Assembly: GCA_947629775.1 (NCBI GenBank)
Contig: CANRFA010000003.1
Coordinates: forward strand, 48,098 to 112,097
DNA length: 64,000 nucleotides
Reading direction: 5' to 3'
DNA from: an uncultured Oscillospiraceae bacterium
GTDB taxonomy: Bacteria > Bacillota > Clostridia > Oscillospirales > Oscillospiraceae
Shown in pieces: positions 39,033 to 47,962 of this stretch; positions within the stretch are counted from its first letter, which is position 1; every line of letters starts with the position of its first letter. The notes under the pieces were generated by a model, which did not search any database, was not told where the DNA came from, and saw nothing but the letters and a program-made list of their open reading frames with translations. Position numbers and translations under genes: made by a program.

Positions 39033-39399
39033 GGTCCTTCGCCCCCGCTTTCTCCCGTTTCAGCCCCCATTGCTCCCAGAGGATATCGCTCAGGCCATCA
39101 ACATTCACCTGTCCGCTCAGGATCGCCGGGCAGGTTTTCGGGTTCCAGCTCATAGGGCAGTCCGGCGTGTACAGTTCGCACATACACGCTCCGTGGAAGA
39201 ATTCGTCAAAAGCGTGCCAGCGCCATGTCATATCACGGTCCGGCGTTTCGGGTTCTGCTCTCTCCGCATAGTACCGGATTTCCTTGGGCACTTCCTCCAG
39301 GGAGCGATACAGGTCATACCTTATGGGCCGTACTCCCGTGTTCCGGGCCATCCAGACGGTCTTCTCTCCGTCCGTCAGGCACCTCACATCCAGACTCAC
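39025..39399 (-). CDS. TDG-family tandem paralogue 1
   Basis: LTDGEKTVWMARNT; AAGGAGG RBS with a GTG start. Confidence 0.62.
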   Translation of the reverse strand: MSLDVRCLTDGEKTVWMARNTGVRPIRYDLYRSLEEVPKEIRYYAERAEPETPDRDMTWRWHAFDEFFHGACMCELYTPDCPMSWNPKTCPAILSGQVNVDGLSDILWEQWGLKREKAGAKDHE

Positions 39400-39404
39400 C
39401 TGTG

Positions 39405-39785
39405 TTACCTCCTTTGCAGCTTCTGGAAGTCTTCCGGAGTCAGACGGCCCTCCAGGTACGGACAGTCCTGCCATGCTGACTCCTTCGCCCTCCAGCACTC
39501 CTCTTGCGAACAGACGTCCGTACTGAAGCACCAGCTGTGATCCTTCCGAAAGAACCCGCAGAATCTGGCCTCCGGATAGAACACGTCCAGCACCTTATAC
39601 AGAATAGCTTCCAGCACGTCCGGGCGACACTTCTGCGCTCCCTCCGCCAGGATTTTGTCTCTGACCGGCATCTCATCCACGGAATCATACCGGCGCAGCT
39701 CGCCCGTGTATTGGTCGTATACCACCCACACGCTGTTCTGGCCGTCCGTAAAGTGCTTCATATCCCAGGGCGAATCACGGCTCAT
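39405..39785 (-). CDS. TDG-family tandem paralogue 2
   Basis: FTDGQNSVWVVYD. Confidence 0.62.
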   Translation of the reverse strand: MSRDSPWDMKHFTDGQNSVWVVYDQYTGELRRYDSVDEMPVRDKILAEGAQKCRPDVLEAILYKVLDVFYPEARFCGFFRKDHSWCFSTDVCSQEECWRAKESAWQDCPYLEGRLTPEDFQKLQRR

Positions 39786-40146
39786 GTATGCGCTCCCCTT
39801 CCTTCGCCAGACTGCGTGGAAAGACAAAGCCCCCCAGGCACGGGCAGACATACCAGGACTGCACCTTGGGGCACTCGTGCTCCTTGCAGACGTCTGAAGG
39901 CCACAGTCCTTCATGATTCCAGTCCCGCAGCTCACAGTACATCAGACCTGGGTAAAAGATATGGGCGCACTGCCACTCGATCGCCAGCTCCAGCGTCACC
40001 GGCGTGGGTTCCTCTACCAGGGCGCTGATCTCAGCGGGCGGGATGTCATCTCCCGCCCACCGCTGATAACTGACAGGCTGGGTGTCCGTGTTTCGGGCCA
40101 CCCACACCGCCTGCTTCCCGTCAGTGAATCGCTTCACACTTACCAT
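39775..40146 (-). CDS. TDG-family tandem paralogue 3
   Basis: FTDGKQAVWVARNTDT. Confidence 0.62.
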   Translation of the reverse strand: MVSVKRFTDGKQAVWVARNTDTQPVSYQRWAGDDIPPAEISALVEEPTPVTLELAIEWQCAHIFYPGLMYCELRDWNHEGLWPSDVCKEHECPKVQSWYVCPCLGGFVFPRSLAKEGERIHEP

Positions 40147-40523
40147 CTGCACCACTCCTCATATTCCTCCGGCGTCAGTACCTTGCCCAGTCTGGGACAG
40201 TTCCGCCAGCCGTTACAGATGGTCTCGCACATGCACTCCTCCTGAATGCATACATGGTGGATACCGAAGGGATTGTTTCCTTCCCTTCCCCGTCCACACC
40301 AATGGAGTTCCGAGTAGAAGATCCCGGTAACACCGTAGGCGTGGGCCAGCTCCACCGTTACCAGCTCCGGAGCGCTCAGGTCCACTTCCTCCATATCCTC
40401 GTCCGGGACCTCCATGTAGTCTGTGTAAACCCGGGAGTTCTTCCATGGATTGCCCTCTGTATCGGTGTCATAGACAATCCACGCTGTCTTACGCCCGTCA
40501 AACAGGCACTTGCAGACTTTCAT
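40140..40523 (-). CDS. TDG-family tandem paralogue 4
   Basis: LFDGRKTAWIVYDTDT. Confidence 0.62.
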   Translation of the reverse strand: MKVCKCLFDGRKTAWIVYDTDTEGNPWKNSRVYTDYMEVPDEDMEEVDLSAPELVTVELAHAYGVTGIFYSELHWCGRGREGNNPFGIHHVCIQEECMCETICNGWRNCPRLGKVLTPEEYEEWCRW

Positions 40524-40595
40524 CAGCTTTCATGCCTCCTTCTCACGCAGCGCTCTGCCCGCCAGGGACAGGAGAATCACCCGGCCCATAGTCTT

Positions 40596-41042
40596 TCACT
40601 CCAGCTCATCTTCCGTGTGCCTCCAGTAGTCAGCCTTCAGGTCCAGCCAGTCTGCCGGGCAGAAGGCGCAATGATCGCCCTCCCCCATAGGGCAGCTCCT
40701 CCAGCAGTTCTCCCGCCCATTCTCTTTCATGGCCTTCACGGCCTCCTGCGTCATCTGGGGCAGCGTCATCTCCGCTGCTGCTGAGTGCCCGTACTTCCTC
40801 AGAGACTCCATGTACCAGTCCAGATCGCCCTCCATGGGCGAACCCAGATGGGAACAGAGCTGCATCAGCGGGCACTCCATGCAGTCTCTCCTGCTGGCTT
40901 TTCTGGTTTTGCAGTACTGGGCCAGCCTCCAGAACGGGAGCTCTGGGATGGGACGTCCGGTCACCCAGACAACCCCCGTCTCCCCATGGCCTACCATATG
41001 AGCCAGTCTGACCACCGTCTCCTTCGTCAGATCCATCCTCAT
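40596..41042 (-). CDS. Cys-rich phage protein
   Basis: LAQYC...CMECPLMQLC. Confidence 0.6.
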   Translation of the reverse strand: MRMDLTKETVVRLAHMVGHGETGVVWVTGRPIPELPFWRLAQYCKTRKASRRDCMECPLMQLCSHLGSPMEGDLDWYMESLRKYGHSAAAEMTLPQMTQEAVKAMKENGRENCWRSCPMGEGDHCAFCPADWLDLKADYWRHTEDELE

Positions 41043-41054
41043 GCTATCCCTCCT

Positions 41055-41246
41055 CTACGGAATCCCTACAAGCAACAGACCGAGGAACACTGCCATAGCG
41101 CAGATGGCGCACCTCCTGAATCCCTGGGCTGCATCTTCATCATTCATCATCCTGGCTTCGTAGCCAAGGTCGATCATCATAGCCAGAATCAGCGTCAGGG
41201 ACGTCAGGAGTATGAATCCCGCTGCCTTCTTTACCTCCCAGGGCAT
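41055..41246 (-). CDS. Small membrane protein (2 TM)
   Basis: Two hydrophobic stretches. Confidence 0.5.
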   Translation of the reverse strand: MPWEVKKAAGFILLTSLTLILAMMIDLGYEARMMNDEDAAQGFRRCAICAMAVFLGLLLVGIP

Positions 41247-41249
41247 GGC

Positions 41250-41564
41250 TTACTCCCCTTTCCAGTAATGGCCCAGACTGCTCCCCATATAGAGATGTTG
41301 AAAATCGGCCCTCTGCGTGATATCCACCGGGTCGTCAAACAGAGAGCACGGATCCAGGGCTATCACGCACTCGTACCTCATGCCATAGGGGCAATCCTCA
41401 AAACGATCATACTCATTCCGCCAGTAGCGGGCCAGGGCGAGGCACAGGACAGGCACATTCCTCGTTTCCCTGCCCCGCCCGCAGACGGCATAGGCGCCCT
41501 TGGGCGCAGGTATGATCATCCTGATCTCCATGCGCTCCATAGGATTGTCCGGTAGCGTTTTCAT
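41250..41564 (-). CDS. Phage hypothetical protein
   Basis: ORF track. Confidence 0.55.
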   Translation of the reverse strand: MKTLPDNPMERMEIRMIIPAPKGAYAVCGRGRETRNVPVLCLALARYWRNEYDRFEDCPYGMRYECVIALDPCSLFDDPVDITQRADFQHLYMGSSLGHYWKGE

Positions 41565-41603
41565 CGTATCATCCTCTCATAAGTCCATATGGCGCATTCC
41601 AGG

Positions 41604-41789
41604 TCAGCTGCGCCTTATTACCTCCGCCTCAAAACAGGCCAGAACCCTCCCGCTTTTTCTGCACTGATCGCACACGTCCCGCTTCTTCCCGCCCGCAGCG
41701 CCTTCCAGATAGCGCTCCAGGCTGATGGAGGTCAGTTTGTACCCCTCCTCCAGCAGCGCCCTGCAACGGGGACACACTCGCACCTTCAT
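41604..41789 (-). CDS. Small Zn-ribbon protein
   Basis: CPRC...CDQC. Confidence 0.6.
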   Translation of the reverse strand: MKVRVCPRCRALLEEGYKLTSISLERYLEGAAGGKKRDVCDQCRKSGRVLACFEAEVIRRS

Positions 41790-41849
41790 TCCGCTTCAAA
41801 CCTCCCATTCAGCAGACTTTACTCGTGGCCTGCAAGCCCAACTGCTCGT

Positions 41850-42035
41850 TTACCTGTTCAGTCTCTTGCTGACAGGAGCCGTCCCATCCCCTGGATTCGC
41901 TTCCAGCAGCTTCGCACGCTTCACCCGAAAGGGATGGTGGCAGTTCCCGCAGTGGAGCCATTCCCACTTTGCCTCCACGTAGGCCTTCATTGGCTGCCCG
42001 CACCAGGGGCAAACAGCGTATCCCGGCTTCTTCAT
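41850..42035 (-). CDS. Small Zn-ribbon protein
   Basis: CPWC...CGNC. Confidence 0.55.
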   Translation of the reverse strand: MKKPGYAVCPWCGQPMKAYVEAKWEWLHCGNCHHPFRVKRAKLLEANPGDGTAPVSKRLNR

Positions 42036-42334
42036 TTGCGATTCTCCTCCCCGGCCCCCACCTCCAGCATCAGCAGCTGGGTTATCTTTTCCTGCACCTG
42101 CACCGTCCTTGTCACAACGGTGTTCAGGCGCTCACACTTCTCCTCTGCACTGCCATCATATTCGTTCAGGCTGCTCTGCAGATCCAGGGTTTCCATTACG
42201 GTCTCGTAGATATCCTCCTGCAGATCCAGCCAGTCATCGTACCGGTTCTTCTTTCTCACCCGGCCCAGATATATGGCACACAGCAGCACAGCGGTTGCTG
42301 CGATGTACATAATACAGGTCCCCAGCTTAATCAC
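42032..42334 (-). CDS. Membrane-anchored coiled-coil protein
   Basis: N-terminal hydrophobic helix; start uncertain. Confidence 0.45.
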   Translation of the reverse strand: MIKLGTCIMYIAATAVLLCAIYLGRVRKKNRYDDWLDLQEDIYETVMETLDLQSSLNEYDGSAEEKCERLNTVVTRTVQVQEKITQLLMLEVGAGEENRK

Positions 42335-42500
42335 CCCAACTGAATATACTTCCGGCTCCGGGCCAGTACCAACGTCAGGAGTATTACTGCTCCCGCAAGG
42401 CCAAGCCAGATCCCCTGCGTGATCCACATGGCCCGTAAGAGCTCCTGCTCGGTCTTTGCCAGACGAGCGCAGGTCTTTTGGTTCATCTGTCATTCCCCCT

Positions 42501-42848
42501 TCAGTCAAATGCAGCGATAACCACGATACAGGGTACCCAGTGGTTCTGATACTCAGCAATCAGCCGGTTCAGTTCCTCCTCGTAGTCATCCACGTCCCGG
42601 CCATACACCTGCTCCTCCATATCCTGCGTGAACTCCCAGGAATGAGTATAGAACCAGCCGGAATCCTCCGGCTGTTCGCAGTCCAGAATCTCGCCATCCT
42701 CCACCATGGTCCAGATGGCGCAGTCATGAAGCTCACAATCCGGGCCTGACATATCGCTGTCCACGTGGAATACCAGGGGCAGCTCGGGATGCCTGATAAT
42801 CAGGTCCCGCAGTTCCCTGGTATCATGAAAGATCCCCTTCATCGTCAT
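42501..42848 (-). CDS. Phage protein, paralogue of 42823-43191
   Basis: ELRDLIIRHPELP...HWVPCIVV. Confidence 0.65.
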   Translation of the reverse strand: MTMKGIFHDTRELRDLIIRHPELPLVFHVDSDMSGPDCELHDCAIWTMVEDGEILDCEQPEDSGWFYTHSWEFTQDMEEQVYGRDVDDYEEELNRLIAEYQNHWVPCIVVIAAFD

Positions 42849-43191
42849 CCTCCAGCCCTTCGCAATATACGATGATGCAGGGCACCCAGTGACCCTCATA
42901 CTCCCGTATGGTTTCCTCCAGCTTCAACTCCCAGCCGTCCAGCCCCTGCTCCTGATACTGTTCACTCAGGTCGCCTGTCAGGTCCGCACGGGAGGTATAG
43001 AAGCAGGTAGACTCCCTGGGCTGCTCACAGTCCAGCACCTCACCCAGCTCCGCCCATACGGCCTTGCAGCAGGTGTGCAGCCCCCAGCACCAGTCCTTGG
43101 GCTCATAGTCCACCCGCAGCACCATGGGGAGATCGGGGTATCTGATAATCAGATCCCGCAGCTCCTTAGCCTCCAGAAATACGCCAGCCAT
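42823..43191 (-). CDS. Phage protein, paralogue of 42501-42848
   Basis: ELRDLIIRYPDLP...HWVPCIIV. Confidence 0.65.
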   Translation of the reverse strand: MAGVFLEAKELRDLIIRYPDLPMVLRVDYEPKDWCWGLHTCCKAVWAELGEVLDCEQPRESTCFYTSRADLTGDLSEQYQEQGLDGWELKLEETIREYEGHWVPCIIVYCEGLEDDDEGDLS

Positions 43192-43657
43192 CCTCCTGCC
43201 CCCTCCAGCCGGTCAGAATCCGGGCGCAACCCTCTATCACGGCCAGCTTTTCTTCCTTATTCTTCGGGTTCATGGCATAACGGAATATCTCCATGGCACG
43301 CACACGGTCCCGCATCTCCGCCGTTTCCAGTACCCGGATATCGGCATGGAGCTTTGCCAGGCGGTTTTGCGTGGCCTCTATGCTCTTCATGTAAGAGTCC
43401 AGCTCCGCCCGTTCCTCTTTCAGGTTCTTCCGTTCCAGCTCCAGGGCCTGTCTGTCCGCTTCAAGCTGTTCCTTCGTCCTCTCCAGGGGGTCCAATACGC
43501 CTTCCTCCAGCAGGCCGGCATCCGTTGCCAGGAGCTTCAGGAGCCGGTAGCCCTGCCATGAATCCAGCACTTCACGGGCTGATCTTTCATCGCAGTCGTA
43601 AAACTCACAGTACCGCTTCAGGAGATCGTCCCCGTATATCCGTATTGGCTTAACCAT
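43166..43657 (-). CDS. Phage coiled-coil protein
   Basis: GGAGGGAG RBS; start MVKPIR. Confidence 0.6.
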   Translation of the reverse strand: MVKPIRIYGDDLLKRYCEFYDCDERSAREVLDSWQGYRLLKLLATDAGLLEEGVLDPLERTKEQLEADRQALELERKNLKEERAELDSYMKSIEATQNRLAKLHADIRVLETAEMRDRVRAMEIFRYAMNPKNKEEKLAVIEGCARILTGWRGQEDGWRISGG

Positions 43658-43854
43658 GCTTCTCCCTCCTCGTTTCACCCTCCAGTGCAGTGTAGGCCAT
43701 CCACGTCCTGTGGTACTCCTGGGGCTCCAGGTAGGTCCATCGCCCGTCCAGCATGGCATACATCCTCCGCTCCTTCACACCCTGCGGATTCGTCTGCATG
43801 CTCCACGCCACATACCCCTCCCCATCCACATACAGAGATGGGGTGTTGACAATG
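43650..43854 (-). pseudogene. 3' part of a phage gene interrupted by the tnpB remnant
   Basis: IVNTPSLYVDGEGY...EYHRTWMAY reads straight from the IS right end and has no start codon of its own. Confidence 0.5.
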
Positions 43855-44490
43855 GTGAATTACCCCGCCCCGGGGTGTCGCAAGCTCCACTTCCAGAAGG
43901 GGCGGGGCTTCCGGCAGTCCCGGTAAGAGGTCAAACTATTCATCGATGCCTATCCTATAAGGATTACCTTTGATTGGTTATGCCGGATTGTCCGGCATTC
44001 TTCTTCCGGCGCCTGCGCTTCAGAGTCCTGCGACCTATGTGTCTGGTCTTCCCCTTGTCATCGGTCCAGGTCAAAGGATGAGTGGCATCGAATTTCTCCT
44101 TCTGCCGCTTGCGGTTTTCGAGGAAGTGTTCCTCGTCCGGGTAATGGATGACGCGACAGTTGTTGAAATCCGGTTCCAGTCCAACCCCCTCGTCGTACAT
44201 CTCGGGGATTGCCTTTCTGCCTGTATTAGCGCTGCCATTCAGGTCAGAATTGATAGTTCTGTCCATTGGCTCGGAGTAGTAGAGGCCACGGAACTGAGGA
44301 TTGGTGGTCTTCCGTTTTCCGGTTGTTCGGTCCAGTTTTTGGACCTTCCGCCTTCCCTTATACACCGTTGGTCCTCTCACGCCGGAGAATTCAGGTTTCG
44401 TATCCCCTTCCTCGCCGTACACAGGAATCGGGTCTCTGTCCAGGAAGGACGCCTTACTGGTATAGGACTCCTCCTGCAGAAAAACGTGAG
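43855..44490 (-). mobile_element. tnpB: 5'-truncated IS200/IS605-type element: tnpB C-terminal remnant with right end and probable omegaRNA region
   Basis: QEESYTSKASFLD, FRGLY and INSDLNGSANTGRK; terminal GAAGCCCCGCCCC...GGGGCGGGG-TAATTCAC. Confidence 0.78.
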
Positions 44491-44555
44491 GGATCCTCTT
44501 TCTTCCACTCCAGATCCTCCAGCTTCAGTGGTCTGCGCTCTCGGAGCCTTGTGAT

Positions 44556-44681
44556 TTAGACCAGCTTCCCCATAAAGGATACGGACCTGCAGAGATCGCA
44601 AACCTCTTTGGGCGGACGCCCTGGGCAGGAAGGGCACCGCTGCTTTTTTGCGTAGATCTCCAGCTGGTCAAAGAAGTTCAT
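44556..44681 (-). CDS. Small Cys-containing ORF (possibly the 5' part of the interrupted gene)
   Basis: MNFFDQLEIY..CPSC..CDLC; the frame continues ITRLRERRPLKLEDL past the stop. Confidence 0.4.
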   Translation of the reverse strand: MNFFDQLEIYAKKQRCPSCPGRPPKEVCDLCRSVSFMGKLV

Positions 44682-44697
44682 GCTCTCAACCCCCTCA

Positions 44698-45129
44698 TCA
44701 TTCGTCATCTTTCGGTGGTCCACGGTCAACGATCCGCTGGCACGCCTCCAGGAGCCAGGTGGCAATGGGGTCCGGTCCCCAGTCACGCTTGCTGTTAATG
44801 GCTTTCAGGAGCTTCCTGGTATTCTCCGTCTCCCCGTCATAGCCCTCGAATACAAGGATCCAATCGTCCGGCTTCACTCGAAATATGGAGGCACACAAGT
44901 AGCTCACAGGACAGCTCTCGCAGTAGCCCCTAATAGGGGCACAGTAAGACCTCAGGTCCCGGAGCGTGATATCCGGCCAGGTTTTCTGGGGCTTTTCCTG
45001 GGGAGCGGGTTCCTGTATTTCGTCCAGGAGTTGCTTCCCGAAGGCCAACAGAAAGCCCAGGCAGGCAATCATGGCAACCAGGATCACGCACAGGGCCATA
45101 ACTTTCAGCATTCCTCCGCCTCCCTCCAC
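44698..45129 (-). CDS. Membrane-anchored Cys-containing phage protein
   Basis: TM helix, then LRSYC..CESCPVSYLC. Confidence 0.55.
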   Translation of the reverse strand: MEGGGGMLKVMALCVILVAMIACLGFLLAFGKQLLDEIQEPAPQEKPQKTWPDITLRDLRSYCAPIRGYCESCPVSYLCASIFRVKPDDWILVFEGYDGETENTRKLLKAINSKRDWGPDPIATWLLEACQRIVDRGPPKDDE

Positions 45130-45217
45130 TCCATAAGGGTCAGGGCCGTTACTTCCAGGAGGCCGGTATCCGTTTCCTCCACGCAGACATACAAGGTTTT
45201 GGTCTCTTCCATAGCAG

Positions 45218-45556
45218 TCACCTCAGTCTCTGTCCGCAGTGCCGGCAATACAGGTCCGACCTGCTGACCGGCATCCGGCACATCTCGCAGTGATAGTGGA
45301 TTCTTCCGCCTATAGACTCCGGGTAAGCCCCGCAGGGGCTGTCCAGGCGCTTGATGTTACGGTAAAGGGCCGTCTCCGGGCAGATTCGCAGCTTCCCATG
45401 GTCAAAAGAGGGTTCAGCGGTAAGACAAGTGATTCCAACAGACGCCCTGGGACCTGTGCTCGGGTCCTTCAGGTCGATTATCAGCTCGGTATCCACGGGG
45501 TAATCCATGCTTACCACGTACAGCGACATGGCGTCAAACATGTCATGTATCGTCAT
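45218..45556 (-). CDS. Phage protein with a C-terminal Zn ribbon
   Basis: CEMC...YCRHCGQRL. Confidence 0.6.
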   Translation of the reverse strand: MTIHDMFDAMSLYVVSMDYPVDTELIIDLKDPSTGPRASVGITCLTAEPSFDHGKLRICPETALYRNIKRLDSPCGAYPESIGGRIHYHCEMCRMPVSRSDLYCRHCGQRLR

Positions 45557-45559
45557 AGC

Positions 45560-46297
45560 TCAATCCTCCAGGGTGATACCCAGGTCAGAGGCCAGGCTCC
45601 ACACATGATCGATTACGGCGAGGGAATACATATCCGGGTGTTTCAGGGCACGGCGAATGGGCCCGGCCACGTCCCGATCCGGGTGTCCGCTGCCCGTGTA
45701 CCTGCACTGACACTTGTCGATAGGCCAGTGACAGGCAGGGCAGATGTCCGGTTTGATAATCCGGTCTCCGTTCCCACGCTCCCCGATGGGTCCCCTGGCG
45801 CAGGGGTACATCTCATAACACCGTCCCGTATAGCCACACATGGGCACCAGCAGCCCCCGAAACTCCGGGCAGGCATCCTCAATAAGGTCGCACATGCGCT
45901 GGACAGCCTGGCGGGTCTCCGGCGCAGCGGTGGAGCACAAACGCTTATTGGCTACGATAAGCAGGCTTTCCCCGTTTAGATCCCAGATCATGTCCACCGG
46001 GGCATCCTGGGGGGCTTTATTCCGGTCATACTCGTCCTGTCGGTCATTCCGCTGGGATTTCACGTACGGCTGGGCGTGTACGTGGCGTGTGAGGTGACCG
46101 GAAAGCCAGTAGGGGATCCCCTCAAACAGGACCGAAAATCTCAGGTAGCGGATAGGGGAGTGACGGGCCATCAGGATCCGGCGCTTCCACTCCATGTCCG
46201 GTGGATTCACGGGGTGCTTGCCAATCGTCACCAAGGCCCGGCGCTTAACCTCCATCCACTCCCGTTCTCCGGGATACTCCAACAGTTCCACATTCAT
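45560..46297 (-). CDS. thyX: ThyX-like flavin-dependent thymidylate synthase
   Basis: RHSPIR, HLTRH-x8-SQR (variant of RHRx7SxR) and KRLC. Confidence 0.72.
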   Translation of the reverse strand: MNVELLEYPGEREWMEVKRRALVTIGKHPVNPPDMEWKRRILMARHSPIRYLRFSVLFEGIPYWLSGHLTRHVHAQPYVKSQRNDRQDEYDRNKAPQDAPVDMIWDLNGESLLIVANKRLCSTAAPETRQAVQRMCDLIEDACPEFRGLLVPMCGYTGRCYEMYPCARGPIGERGNGDRIIKPDICPACHWPIDKCQCRYTGSGHPDRDVAGPIRRALKHPDMYSLAVIDHVWSLASDLGITLED

Positions 46298-46878
46298 TTG
46301 GCATCCCCCTTTTTGGCCCGCTTTCTGGATTCAACCTCAAGGTTATGGATTCCAGCAGCTGCAATTCTCCATTCCTCTGCTGGGGTCAGCTGAAAGAACT
46401 GCGGGTGCCTGGGGCTGTCAATGGGCTTCCCGTCATCATCCAGCATTGCGGTCCAGCTGTCACAGGCAGGCCAGTGGATCCCCTTCAGCTCCGGGTTCTG
46501 GCAGCAGTTGCGCCAGTCCGTCCAGGCGCAGTTTGTGCAGGTGTAGTCCACAGGGAGATCAGCCATAACCCCGTCAGTGGCCCAGGAGGCTACAAACTTG
46601 CCTGGATACTGTGCGTAACATCCGTTGCAGCCCAGGGCAACCAGCTTGCCATCCTCCGTCAGAGCAAAGGAAAGCGGTTCCTCCAGGTCCTTTGCCCAGG
46701 CCTTTCTGGAGAAGTCCATGAAGTCCAGCCATTCCTTCTCTGGAGTGGCAGCTGTGAAAGTCACTTCCCGGCCCTTCAGAACCTGCAAAGCAATCTCCAG
46801 GGCAGTTCTTTTTGTTATGTCAAAGCAGGAGTCGGCCTCTTTCCTCAGCACCGCAATGGCATAGTCCAGATCATTCAT
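46294..46878 (-). CDS. Phage hypothetical protein
   Basis: ORF track; start MNDLDY. Confidence 0.55.
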   Translation of the reverse strand: MNDLDYAIAVLRKEADSCFDITKRTALEIALQVLKGREVTFTAATPEKEWLDFMDFSRKAWAKDLEEPLSFALTEDGKLVALGCNGCYAQYPGKFVASWATDGVMADLPVDYTCTNCAWTDWRNCCQNPELKGIHWPACDSWTAMLDDDGKPIDSPRHPQFFQLTPAEEWRIAAAGIHNLEVESRKRAKKGDAK

Positions 46879-47044
46879 AAGCGCTCTCCCACCTTTCACA
46901 GGTCCACCAGCAGCTTACCTTACCGGCTCCAAAGGGAGTCTCTACCACAGATTCCGGGCTGTCCGGGTTCGTACACTCGCTCCCCAGCCAGAAATACCAC
47001 CGGCATTCATCGCAGATCATGTCGTCCCTGCCGATTTTGTCCAT
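46871..47044 (-). CDS. Cys-rich micro-protein, paralogue A
   Basis: CDECRWY..SECTNPDS..WWTCERWE. Confidence 0.6.
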   Translation of the reverse strand: MDKIGRDDMICDECRWYFWLGSECTNPDSPESVVETPFGAGKVSCWWTCERWESAYE

Positions 47045-47204
47045 CGCTATCCTCCCACTTATCACAGGTCCACCAGAAACACACCTTGCCGGTCCCACAG
47101 GGCGTCTCAGCGCCGGATCTCTGGCTGTCCGGATTCGTACACTCGCTGCCAGGCTGAAAATACCACCTGCACTCCTCACAGATCGTGTCAGCTCTGCCGT
47201 CCAT
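47007..47204 (-). CDS. Cys-rich micro-protein, paralogue B
   Basis: CEECRWY..SECTNPDS..WWTCDKWE. Confidence 0.6.
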   Translation of the reverse strand: MDGRADTICEECRWYFQPGSECTNPDSQRSGAETPCGTGKVCFWWTCDKWEDSDGQNRQGRHDLR

Positions 47205-47361
47205 TCCTGTCCTCCCACTTCCCGCAGGACTCCCAGGCGCTTACCCGGCCCGGCCCCAGAGGGCTGTCCTTGCTGCCAAAATGCCCGCTGTCCGGGTTCA
47301 TACACCGCATGGACCTCCGCTGCCAGTGCCTGCAGTTCCAGCACACTCCTTTACTCTCCAC
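47188..47361 (-). CDS. Cys-rich micro-protein, paralogue C
   Basis: CWNCRHW..CMNPDS..WESCGKWE. Confidence 0.55.
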   Translation of the reverse strand: MESKGVCWNCRHWQRRSMRCMNPDSGHFGSKDSPLGPGRVSAWESCGKWEDRNGRQS

Positions 47362-47734
47362 GTCTGTTCCCCCATTCAAAGCTGACTTTGTAGCGGTCCG
47401 GCGGGCACTTGCATACCTTTCCGCAATCGTCTATCACAATCAGGTCCCCATCCTCGGTTACGGCAAACCGGTCCACTTCAAAGCCGGGCAGCTCATACGC
47501 CCAGTCTTCCATGATGACATCGTCCGGGTACTGCCCTGTTTCCGGGTCCGTCACCGTGAATCCCCGCAGGCTGTCCCAGCACCGGCCCTGACGTTCTCTC
47601 CTCATCTGTTTGTCCATCAGAGCCAGGGCGGTTATAAGGGCCTGTTCAAACTGATCCTTGCCCTCATAAGCTCCCCAGCTCCAGGACTTTCCCAGAGTCC
47701 TGTTCAGCTCTGCCCACGCCGTCTCAAGGCTCAT
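47351..47734 (-). CDS. Phage hypothetical protein
   Basis: ORF track. Confidence 0.6.
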   Translation of the reverse strand: MSLETAWAELNRTLGKSWSWGAYEGKDQFEQALITALALMDKQMRRERQGRCWDSLRGFTVTDPETGQYPDDVIMEDWAYELPGFEVDRFAVTEDGDLIVIDDCGKVCKCPPDRYKVSFEWGNRRGE

Positions 47735-47749
47735 ACGGCATCTCCCCCT

Positions 47750-47962
47750 TCACATGCTGATATCCATGATGGGATCCACGCCCAGCATCCGGCAGATCCG
47801 TCCGGCCAGCTCCTCGCACACATCCGGATCCAGCAGCCAGTTCAGGCCGTCCAGATCGCAGCTTTGGCAGCAGGCGTCTTCCCTGCCTCGGTTCACACAG
47901 GTCCAGCATACATGCCCTATGTTCCGGGCCAGATACCAGCCTGTTTTCTCCTTTGCCGTCAT
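47750..47962 (-). CDS. Small Cys-rich protein
   Basis: CWTC...CCQSC. Confidence 0.55.
   Translation of the reverse strand: MTAKEKTGWYLARNIGHVCWTCVNRGREDACCQSCDLDGLNWLLDPDVCEELAGRICRMLGVDPIMDISM

Noticed and set aside
43855-44560. IStron (group I intron plus tnpB)
   Set aside because: There is no room for, or sign of, a group I intron core upstream of the tnpB fragment.
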